Origin: Nemertoderma westbladi
Taxonomy: Eukaryota; Animalia; Xenacoelomorpha
DNA: 64,000 nt
Assembly (NCBI GenBank): GCA_032718475.1
Contig: JAUCBJ010000187.1
Coordinates: forward strand, 62,001-126,000
Direction: 5' to 3'
Shown piece after piece: positions 10,143 through 19,341 of the stretch. The notes beneath the pieces are model-generated. The model worked only from the letters and a program-made list of their open reading frames with translations, searched no databases and was not told the DNA's origin. The stretch's first letter is position 1; the number at the start of each line of letters is the position of its first letter. Made by a program: the position numbers and the translations under genes.

Positions 10143-13100
10143 AGGATGGACAAGTGTCGGTATTTGGGCAATCTTTGCGGACGTGTCCGTGTCGCGTACA
10201 CCGCCAACAAGAGTCCAATGGCCGTATCTGCAGCCGTCGTTCTTCCGAGTTTAACTCGCGAAACTGTCGACAACCTCTCAACTTGTGACCGATATACCGC
10301 TTGCCTAAATGCTCGCAGTATTGGCAGCCGCTGAAGTCTGTACTGAGTTGCTGTCTAGTCTGTTTTATTCCAATGGGCGCAGATACCCTACTACCGTCCG
10401 AGAATTGTCGTGTTTCCGTTGGTGTGGCGTAAGTGGCCGTCTTGGTGGATGTTGTCTGGGGTTTTTGTCGGTTTGAGGATGGCAAGGTGATTCCTTCTGC
10501 TACGATGTGCTGGTCAGTGTAGTTGGATCGAGTTTCTACCACTGCTTCCCTGGATATCAAAAGGTACACATCTTCCAGTTTTAAGAATCCACCCCGCTCT
10601 TCCCGCTGGTATTCGATCTTCCTCCACTCCCGACGAAGTCGATGGTGGAGTCTTCCTATGATCTTTAATAATACTGTAGGGGTATTCCCGTATTCAAGTT
10701 GTCCAATAGATCTTAATGTAGAGATAGCGTTCTTGATTTCGTCAGCCAGTTTCAATAAGTCGACGGGTTTAGTAATAGCCCCTCCCTTACAGAGTTCCTC
10801 TATCACTGACCTGGCCATGCTGACTGTACCTCCGTAGATCGAAGTTAAACGATCGTACGCTAGTTCGAAGGCGTCCGGTACACCAACGAAGGTCTCCGCC
10901 AAACGTTTAGGTTCTCCCGACAACGTTTGAAGCAGGTAATTAAACTTCTCCCATGATGTAAAGGCGCACACGGCGATCTGAGATTCGATATAGTCTACGA
11001 AAGTGTGCCAGTGTTTTGAGCTACTGGAAAACTTAGGTGGTTGTTGCACCGGTAGTCCTTGTCTAGCTGCGAATTTCGCTATTTCCTCGGCAACGTTCAG
11101 AGTTTCGCGTCCTTGGTTGGTAATCTGGTTGATGTCCCTTCTTGGCGCTTTTCCCTGATACGATGTGTTTTTTGAAGGTATCGGTCTTTGTGGTTCCTTC
11201 GGGTGTCTATTGTGTTCGAATTCAGTGTTCCTCGAACTATCGGTTTGAGCTTCCTCCAGACGTTCCTCAATCTGAGCCAACTTGTTAACAACTGGTCGCA
11301 GGATGTCGGCGAACTGTTGTGTACTGATTGCGTCCGTTGGTTGTAACGCCTTCTGTGTTGGTGTATTTCGTGGAGGATTGTCTACAAAGGAGTTGTCTGA
11401 ACGCTCGCGTTTATATTCATCGGCCGCCCCTGTTCTAAATACCTCGCGTTTCGGGTAATCCGATTCGCTCGAAGTACTACTATCATCTGGATATGGTGGT
11501 CGACGTGCTCGCATCCGTTGCGTCGTACGAATTCTAACGTTTCGTTTCGGAACATCGTCCACTGGTCTCCGTTGTTCGGTAGGCTCACAAGTCTTCCTCG
11601 AAGTCGTAGATTGCGATGTAAACTGGTTAAACGGTCGCGTATCCACTGGTCTCCGTTGTTCGGTAGGCTCACAAGTCTTCCTCAAAGTCGTAGATTGCGA
11701 TGTAAACTGAATCGGTGGTCCAGTAACAGCATTTGAATCAACTGGCCTTGTAGGCCGAAACGTCATTGGGTATTCGTAGTGCGTAACCGGTTTAGGTGTC
11801 AAAGGTGGACTCACCTGTTTTGTCGTTAGTAGTGCAGGCCCGGTCAATAAACTACTACGATCAGTAGTCGGTGGGTTACTTACCTTGACTTTCAGAATGG
11901 GCGACGACGTTGCTCTTGGCGGTGTAAACTTGTCCGGAATAACAAACCTGTGTTCCGTCGCGCCATGGATAGGAGAAATATTACTACTACCAGCAATCGA
12001 AACAGGTTCCTTTGTCGTAACTGGTGCAAACATAGGAGTTACTTGAGGGAATCTTTGACATAAGTCTTTAACTAATTGTCTTTCTCGCCCAGGTGCCCCT
12101 ACACTTCCTTCCTTCATTCGTTCCTGAATTTGGCGGTGCCTTACCTCTATCTGGTCCAAATCATGTCCGTCACGAGATCTCATCGATCGATCGCGGGCTT
12201 GTAGATCCAGATCTTCCTTCGCGTTGTCTAATTCTCTCGCCTTCTTCCCGAGTTCGAAATGAAGTTTAACTTCTTTCTCGCGTTGTTCCGTCTGTTGTTG
12301 TTGCGCCTCGAACTCCGCTTGTCGTATAGCTGATTGAGCCTTTATTTGCCGTTTTTTCATCTCGGCTCTCGCTTCTGAAACTAACCTTTGTCGCTCTAAC
12401 TCGGCCGCTGCTGCTGCCGCCGCCTGTCGCTCTAACTCGGCCATTGCTGCTGCCGCCGCCGTTTGTCGCTCTAACTCGGCCGCTGCCGCTGCCGCTGCCG
12501 CCGTTTGTTGCGCAATGTCCAACTCTAACCTTTCCATCTCGGCTGCTTCCAACTCGGCTTGTTCTTGCAGATGAGAGATTCTTGCAACATTCGCAATGCG
12601 TAGTTTCTCTTCTTGTACGGCTGCTTGTGCCATTAGCAGTTGAGTTTGTTCCTCCATCTCTCGTTGTTGTCTGTCAAACTGTTGTTGCTGTCGAGAAATT
12701 TCTGACATTACCATGCTTACCTCGTTAATCTCGCTGCGAATACTTACTAACGATTGATCCAGTATTCCCGGTGCCAGCTCGATTTGTGCGATTGAAGTTT
12801 CCCTCGTAGCCTCCGGCACGGTTTCCCAATCTCCGACGTCCTCGCCGCACATGCGTAAGTGATCCGTCAGGTGTTTCAATTGTCCATCCAGCCTATACAG
12901 TTCCTGTTCTTCCTCGGGTTGCAATAATTCGTCCGAAACTGACTCACCTAACAACTGGTCCGCTTGTTCCTGTTGTATCTGCCTAATCGTCGACTTAAAC
13001 TGAATCAGTTTCTCTCTAGCGATCATTAGTTTCTCGAGGATTCTAAGTTGAGTATCCATGTCCTGTCTCTGTCTAGCTAGATCTTGTAGACTGATAAGGT

Positions 13101-13512
13101 TATCTACGGACTTATGTACTCTACTTTGTACTCTAACCTGGAGGGTGTAGAACTCAAACCGAGACATCGGAGCGGTCAACTCGTCTAATATGCGTTGGCC
13201 TTCTCCAATACTCCTGGTAATATGCGCCATGTATCCGCCGACGCTTCTAACCACGCTCTCCTGGCTTCCTACTGAACTTACCATGTCCGTTTCCCTATAT
13301 CTAGGTTGTGGAACAGTTAGAAAGTCCTCGGTCCTGCCGTCGCCTCGTACTACGGCATCCGGTACTCCCGTTGGATGTACTGGTGACGCACACGGTGTAG
13401 GTTCGGTAGGCTCGCGAGTCTTCCCCTGTAGTTCTTCCGCTGCTGACTTATCCGCGTCACATGAGTCATAGTCGGTAGGTGTATTCTTCGTATAGTCTTG
13501 TTTGTCACTCAT
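10039..13512 (-). CDS. gag: BEL/Pao Gag (coiled coil, capsid/DUF1759-like region, three Cys-His knuckles)
   Basis: 1157 aa; PPKFSSSSKHWHTF capsid-like motif; CQYC..H..C, CWRCTRHGHVRKDC, CPSCGRNHDGLLH. Confidence 0.93.
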   Translation of the reverse strand: MSDKQDYTKNTPTDYDSCDADKSAAEELQGKTREPTEPTPCASPVHPTGVPDAVVRGDGRTEDFLTVPQPRYRETDMVSSVGSQESVVRSVGGYMAHITRSIGEGQRILDELTAPMSRFEFYTLQVRVQSRVHKSVDNLISLQDLARQRQDMDTQLRILEKLMIAREKLIQFKSTIRQIQQEQADQLLGESVSDELLQPEEEQELYRLDGQLKHLTDHLRMCGEDVGDWETVPEATRETSIAQIELAPGILDQSLVSIRSEINEVSMVMSEISRQQQQFDRQQREMEEQTQLLMAQAAVQEEKLRIANVARISHLQEQAELEAAEMERLELDIAQQTAAAAAAAAELERQTAAAAAMAELERQAAAAAAAELERQRLVSEARAEMKKRQIKAQSAIRQAEFEAQQQQTEQREKEVKLHFELGKKARELDNAKEDLDLQARDRSMRSRDGHDLDQIEVRHRQIQERMKEGSVGAPGRERQLVKDLCQRFPQVTPMFAPVTTKEPVSIAGSSNISPIHGATEHRFVIPDKFTPPRATSSPILKVKVSNPPTTDRSSLLTGPALLTTKQVSPPLTPKPVTHYEYPMTFRPTRPVDSNAVTGPPIQFTSQSTTLRKTCEPTEQRRPVDTRPFNQFTSQSTTSRKTCEPTEQRRPVDDVPKRNVRIRTTQRMRARRPPYPDDSSTSSESDYPKREVFRTGAADEYKRERSDNSFVDNPPRNTPTQKALQPTDAISTQQFADILRPVVNKLAQIEERLEEAQTDSSRNTEFEHNRHPKEPQRPIPSKNTSYQGKAPRRDINQITNQGRETLNVAEEIAKFAARQGLPVQQPPKFSSSSKHWHTFVDYIESQIAVCAFTSWEKFNYLLQTLSGEPKRLAETFVGVPDAFELAYDRLTSIYGGTVSMARSVIEELCKGGAITKPVDLLKLADEIKNAISTLRSIGQLEYGNTPTVLLKIIGRLHHRLRREWRKIEYQREERGGFLKLEDVYLLISREAVVETRSNYTDQHIVAEGITLPSSNRQKPQTTSTKTATYATPTETRQFSDGSRVSAPIGIKQTRQQLSTDFSGCQYCEHLGKRYIGHKLRGCRQFRELNSEERRLQIRPLDSCWRCTRHGHVRKDCPNTDTCPSCGRNHDGLLHTDSHTPTKRFAREHPGGSKMQHRV

Positions 13513-13600
13513 TTCGGTAGTTGTAAGTCAAGTAAAATGTGAGTGTCAAAGTATCAAATTTACCATATTTATATATAAACGGTACTAATTACAGTCATAT

Positions 13601-13720
13601 AAAATTAGCCTACCGGCCGATTTTATAGCAGATGGATAAAATTAGCCTAAACGGCCAATTTTACAGCAAATAAATGTCACGGAATAAGTATATAATAAAA
13701 TTTGCCTAGCGGCCAATTTT
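13601..13720 (-). other. Three repeated stem-loops in the A1 5' leader
   Basis: AAAATT(A/T)GCC-N4/5-GGCC(G/A)ATTTT at 13601, 13638 and 13697. Confidence 0.7.
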
Positions 13721-14365
13721 ATAACAAATAAATCGGATAACGATATGCGTTATCAAAAGGTAAATTAAATACAATAGTACGGACAAATTCAGCAATGAAC
13801 AAAGAAATCATACGGAATGCATAAATACTTGAGACAGTGGAACCCACAATAATTTTAACTAATACGGTAATGCCTAACTTATTTATGCAACTTTTCGAAC
13901 TCACCCACTCCAATAATTCTCCAGAAAAACAGATTCCCAGATACAAACCGGACGTGAACCTTTCCGTTTTCAACGTTGCGGACGAAGCGCGATTTTCCCA
14001 ACCAAAGTTGTTGAGTTATCTATCTCCCAAACTTGCTAAACACGGTCTTGCTCCCGTTACAGTCTAGAAATGAGCTCTGAATCCTGAAAAACAAAAGAGT
14101 TAGGTTTTACTTTTACGAAAAATTTTGTACCGGTACAATATGGTATTTAAACCCTTTTAAACACCGGTATTCAATTCCAAAATATTTTACACGCGGTTCA
14201 AATCAAATTTTATTTCAAAAAATTAGCACTTAGCTAATCAAATATAAACTTTTACCTCAAAATACAAAATTTTCAAATAACTTTAGTCCTACCGAACCGT
14301 AGTTCAGTAAAACATATTCCTACTGATCTAGGAAATATGTTAAATAATACACATATTCCTACTGA

Positions 14366-16268
14366 TGCGAAGAGACAGTAACAATACCTGCAATATCTTA
14401 CTGAAAAGTTTGTAATCAAATCATAAATCCGACCTTCTCACCAAAACAGTAAACTCCAAGTAAGCGAAAATATTGCAGTATTGGTCCCTTATAACCGGTG
14501 AGGCAGAAAACAGTCTACGAGCAGACAAACTTCGATAAAACAAAATCCCGCGCAGCGAATCCTAAAATCAGGCTGACTCACTGACGGACTAAGGGGCTCG
14601 TATACTTTGCCGCGGTGTGATTTATATGGTTGGGCGAAAGAGACGCTAGCTAGGTGCAGAGATTTGGAGATGTCTAACTAGCGGGCAAAGCGCAGTACGG
14701 ACAAAAGTTAATTTTATATATTTTGAGGTGTAAATAATTTCTAACTCGCGTGTGTTAATTCTGAACCGTCAAAATCAGTTTTGCTCCTTCATATATATAA
14801 TTACTGGGTACGGTGTGCATTTTACAAATATTCTAATTTTGTAACTTGTAGGTCCAATACTCACGAATAATAAGGTTCCTTCCCCTCTTGCATATTTCCA
14901 GGACTCAAATTCAGGCATAAGATTAATGCTACGCCCAGAATTCGGCAATTTTTTAATTTACCAGGTCCCTAATACTAAGAAGAAATGTGTTAGTTTACTA
15001 CTGTAGGCGTACGGTTAAAATAGCTAGCCTGGCGTCCTATCTAGAATTTTAGTCACCTAGGTAGGCTGGGTAACTTCCTATCAGGACGTTGGTGGGGACA
15101 TGGTAGATGTTAGTATATCCCTAATAGCCTCAATTTATTTCCGCCTAGTCGTAAACTGCCCTACCGCCTGAACGGTACAATCCTAATTCAGGTGAAACAC
15201 AGTAACCCTCCTAGCCTACAAGTTCTAACGCAATGGACACCGTTGTACTACAAATAGTCGCAGACGCACCTGTACTTAGCAAGAGTTAGGCGTACAGTTT
15301 GCTGCACCCTACCAATGTGTATGCTTCGTACCGGTGTGCCTACGTCCTATCTGCGTACTAGTATCTCTGCCTGCTCTCTCCCCCCGTAGGAATATGAAGG
15401 TCTACTGCGGTTTTTTCCTGAATTAAAACAGTACAGTCCCTAAGATGTAATTTTAGGCGTACAGCGTGTCACTACCTCTACCTTTGATCTTTGGTCTTAC
15501 GCTTAGGTAGCAAGGCATCGAACGCTGTCTAACCTTTCAGGCGATGGGCGAATAACTAAGATGATATTGCGGGTTGTCTCCTGTCTACATTCCCTTGATG
15601 TTCCCGTTCATTGCTGCGGCCCGAAGTCTAGCCAGCCATCCTGTCCCTTAGTTGAGTTCACCGTGGTGAAGCATGATAAAACAGATAGAAAAGGACAGAT
15701 GTGACAAGTATTTCTAACTTTTATTACAAAATCAAACAATAACTATTATACAATAAACGATGTAATCTGAAATAATAATCTGTGTAAGAATGAAGATGTG
15801 TAAGAAAGATAGATTGATAACTAATGAACGAAATCGCACCTTTTATACCAAATTTGTGCCGCAATCAATCGAGAAAATTCTCGATTGTTCTATAGGTTCT
15901 AACAGGTTTTTAAAGATAGCTATTGGTCCAGCTAATATATAACTTGCACGACATTGGTTACAATCAAATAACTACAGTCTCATTGGTTAATCTAGGTACA
16001 GACAAATGCAATTTAATTTGTAGCGGTCAATTTAAATGAGTTGAACTTCTGCACAAAAAATAATTCGCACTTACTAGGATTCGAACTCAATACCTACTAC
16101 ATATATAATTTCCAACGCTCTACCGACTGAGCTACTGAACCACTTGACTAAACATCGTACAATAGATATAACAAATACAATGAGGACTTAATGTAATCTT
16201 TAACAAAGTTAATTCGAATAAAATAAAAATTTTGAAAATCCACGGCATTTAGGGAATATAATTCTATA
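14366..16268 (-). repeat. 5' LTR of A1 (~1.9 kb, TA...CA)
   Basis: Matches 1-1524 directly and 18916-20805 in reverse complement; inner end is uncertain by about 2 bp. Confidence 0.9.
16055..16141 (-). ncRNA. tRNA-like Pol III cassette in A1 5' LTR
   Basis: Same A box, B box and T6 run as 1311-1397. Confidence 0.6.
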
Positions 16269-18130
16269 AGAGCTAAGTATATTGAGACTTATGGAGAAGG
16301 TGATACTCCAGATATGAGTGAGTTTGAATCACAGCTCAAATGGAGAGGATGCGTGTATTGGGCTATTACGTCACCTCCAAGAGCGGTCTTACAATATTAT
16401 TTAGCAATAGAGTCGTCAGTGAATGTTTGCTTAATCGCCGACATTGTGTCTCGGACTCTTAAAAGACATCCACTTTGTCTCGGAGAAGATCATACGTTCT
16501 ACATGGAAGGGAGAATTCATACCGACGTGTTTAGACGATTTCTTGAACCCTTCTACAACTCCGACGCTCAGTGTAATGCCTTTACTCGAGCAGGATTTAG
16601 TATATTTCGAGACGTGTATCTTCGCTGTGCGGGATCTCTTATCGAAAGACCATCTATGTTTACATTGTTACCCTATGAAGGAGAACGTATCGTGGAGGTT
16701 ATGGATGAATCACGGCAGACGCGCGCGCCTATCGGTCACCTTGGTGATGATTTCGAAGTAACGACAACGATCACTGACGATCCTTTAGAGGAACTTCTTG
16801 AGATAGAAAGGAACCTCCCGAAGAAATCTCAGACGGAGATTCGACAACTTGAAGCAACAGATGCTGTAGTTTGTATACAACCTTCAGAAACCTACCAACC
16901 CATAGATCCAGATGATTATGATTATAGTGTGGGAGGAAGCGCTTGACCAATTGGAGATCTTATATATGGTGCCGAGTGTGGTACCCTGCCAATACGATGT
17001 GTGGTAAATGTGGCGTCGCTGGACATCATTTGACCAAGTGCAGTGGAAAGCACATTACTACGACTCAACTAATCTGTGGATGGTGTGGAGATCAAGGGTC
17101 TCATACCTTTTATACTTACTGGAGATTTATGGCTCAATGTACTTATTGCAATATAAAAGGGCATCGAGCATCTGAATGCCAACTAAGAGACATACCTTAT
17201 GAACACGAATCTGTAAAACTCGTGAGAAAACTATTCGATGAGTGGGAAGATTTAGCCGACGAACATGTATCGGCACAAAGAAGACGATTTCCGATGAGAG
17301 CGCATCTTGGATTTTGGGCGGTAAATCCCCAAACGATGATGTCGGAAGGATACATCTCCGCTATGCCCCAATATGACGAACTTATCGAGGTAGTCGATAT
17401 TTTGCCTCACGATAGTGGATTTAGAGTGGTGCACGAGTATCTGTTACAGATTCACCCGGACAATAAAAATACGTGGAATTTTCAGAAAGTTGTGAATCGT
17501 ATCACGTATGGTGAATTTGATCGTTTCCGAACTGAAAAGCGGAATAAGGGAGCTTGGTTAACCGTCGCGTGGGCATACTGAGCCGTGTTTTACCACAAAT
17601 GTATACAAGCGAGCGTATTCAAGGAAGAGGAGATCCTAGAGGCGACAAATATACCAGCCACTCCGGTTGCGCCGTCTGCACGTCACCCTCGGGAGGACGG
17701 GCAGGGTAGGATCATAAGGGTCCAGAAAGTGAGCCAACAATTAAAGAAGTCTATTAATATAGAAGAACGCAAGGGTGTTGAGCCGACCATTCGAATTACT
17801 CGGGATACGGTATCGCTTCCTAGAGAACCAACAGGAGGATCGGGACATACACCAGCTGATCAAAAGTGGGCGCAAGCTACTCTTGGGTCTGCGTCGTCCG
17901 CTTCCCGCGCGTTCCCAGACGTTTTACCAACTGTAGTGACAACTGATCGGTCACGAGGAATCGGTCGAGGTTTTGGGATACCAAATAGACGAATTTGTGA
18001 GGAATCGGACGCACCGTCTCCCAACGTACAAGCAAAACCAGTGACTCGCCCCACGAGTCCCATATCGCGAGCAAAGTCACCTGTGCGCAGTTTTCGAGGA
18101 CGCGGCAGGGCTCGATCTACTAAGCGATAA
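16269..18130 (+). pseudogene. ORF3 pseudogene of A2
   Basis: Near-identical protein to A1 ORF3; CGA>TGA stops at 16944 and 17579 and a frameshift near 16970; retains the segment deleted in A1. Confidence 0.88.
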
Positions 18131-19043
18131 AAGGGAGGGCAAGGGTGGACGGAAGACTCGTGAGCCTTTCTTGTGAATTTGTGATTTATTTGAGTTATAT
18201 ATTTTATATTTAGTAAGTATGTATTCTGGAAGAACTCATATTTAGTAAGATTTATATTTAGTAAGAATTTATATTTTGCAAGATTTATATTTTATATTTG
18301 TGTTTATTCCGAACTTATGCAATTTGTATTGTTCCGAATCCTATGCAATTTATATTTTATAAGCAGTATTTGTGTTTACAGTGAAATAGAAAGTAAGAGT
18401 AGATGGAAGACTCGTGGGCCTTTCTTATAGTTTCATTTGTAAAGTGTTATATTTTGTATTTAGAAGGTTTTATAGTTAGAAAGTTTTGTACTTAGAAAGA
18501 CTCATATTTGTAATTATTCCGAACTTATGCAATCTACATTTAGGCACAAGGTATTTGTAATTACTTGAATTTATGCAATATTTGAGATGCAATAGTAGAT
18601 GGAAGACTCGCGAGCCTTTCTTATGATTTTCATTTATTTGTATTTGTAATTATTTGAATTTTGCAATATTGAGATGCAATAGATTTATATTGGTGAATTT
18701 AATTTAGATTTATATTGTACTTACTTAGTAAAGCCTTAAATATGTAAAGTTTGAATTTGTAATTATTTTGTATCGAATCATTATGTAGAAAGGAAGTATT
18801 GTTTGAAATTTAATTTGTAAATATGTAAGTACGCCCTAAGTATTCTATAATTTGATTGATTATAGGTGAAAACCGTATATTTTATGCACGATAATATCCT
18901 GTTTTCATGGAGCGGTATAGAATTATATTCTCTAAACGCCGTGGATTTTCAAAATTTTATTTTATTCGAATTAACTTTGTTAAAGATTACATTAAGTCCT
19001 CATTTGTATTTGCTATATCTATTTGTACGATGATTATTCAAGT

Positions 19044-19128
19044 GGTTCAGTAGCTCAGTTGGTAGAGCGTTGGAAATTATATGTAGTGTGTATTGAGTTC
19101 GAATCCTAGTAGGTGCGAATTATTTTTT
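19044..19128 (+). ncRNA. tRNA-like Pol III cassette in A2 LTR
   Basis: TAGCTCAGTTGGTAGAGC ... GAGTTCGAATCC ... TTTTTT. Confidence 0.6.
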
Positions 19129-19193
19129 GTGCAGAATTTCAACTCATTTAAATTGACCGCTACAAATTAATTACATTTGCTCGAAGTAAGATT

Positions 19194-19341
19194 AACCAAT
19201 GAGATTGTAGTTATTAGATTGTAACCAATGTCGTACAAGTTATATATTCGTTGGACCAATAGCTATCTTTAAAAACCTGTTAGAACTCATAGAACAATCG
19301 AGAATTTTCTCGATTGATTGCGGCACAAATTTGGTATAAAA
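19194..19341 (+). promoter_or_regulatory. LTR Pol II promoter: three CCAAT boxes, HSE-like array, TATA box
   Basis: CCAAT at 19196, 19225, 19256; aGAAc aATCg aGAAt tTTCt cGATt at 19291-19315; TATAAAA at 19335; AATAAA at 19461; conserved in the A1 LTRs. Confidence 0.65.

Larger units (their letters stand above)
1..16268 (-). mobile_element. BEL/Pao LTR retrotransposon A1 (near full length; 3' LTR cut by window start)
   Basis: Direct repeats 1-1524 and 14746-16268 (about 10 differences seen); gag, PR-RT-RH-IN pol with Pao-type motifs, extra ORF, polypurine tract next to the 3' LTR. Confidence 0.95.

Noticed and set aside
14320-14380. Hammerhead ribozyme (CTGAT...GAAA-like words)
   Set aside because: CTGANGA core and three-stem topology are not satisfied
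19044-19128. Functional tRNA genes (also 1311-1397, 16055-16141, ~37150-37217, ~29775-29840)
   Set aside because: Acceptor and anticodon stems do not pair; the sequences are embedded in LTRs or SINE-like elements
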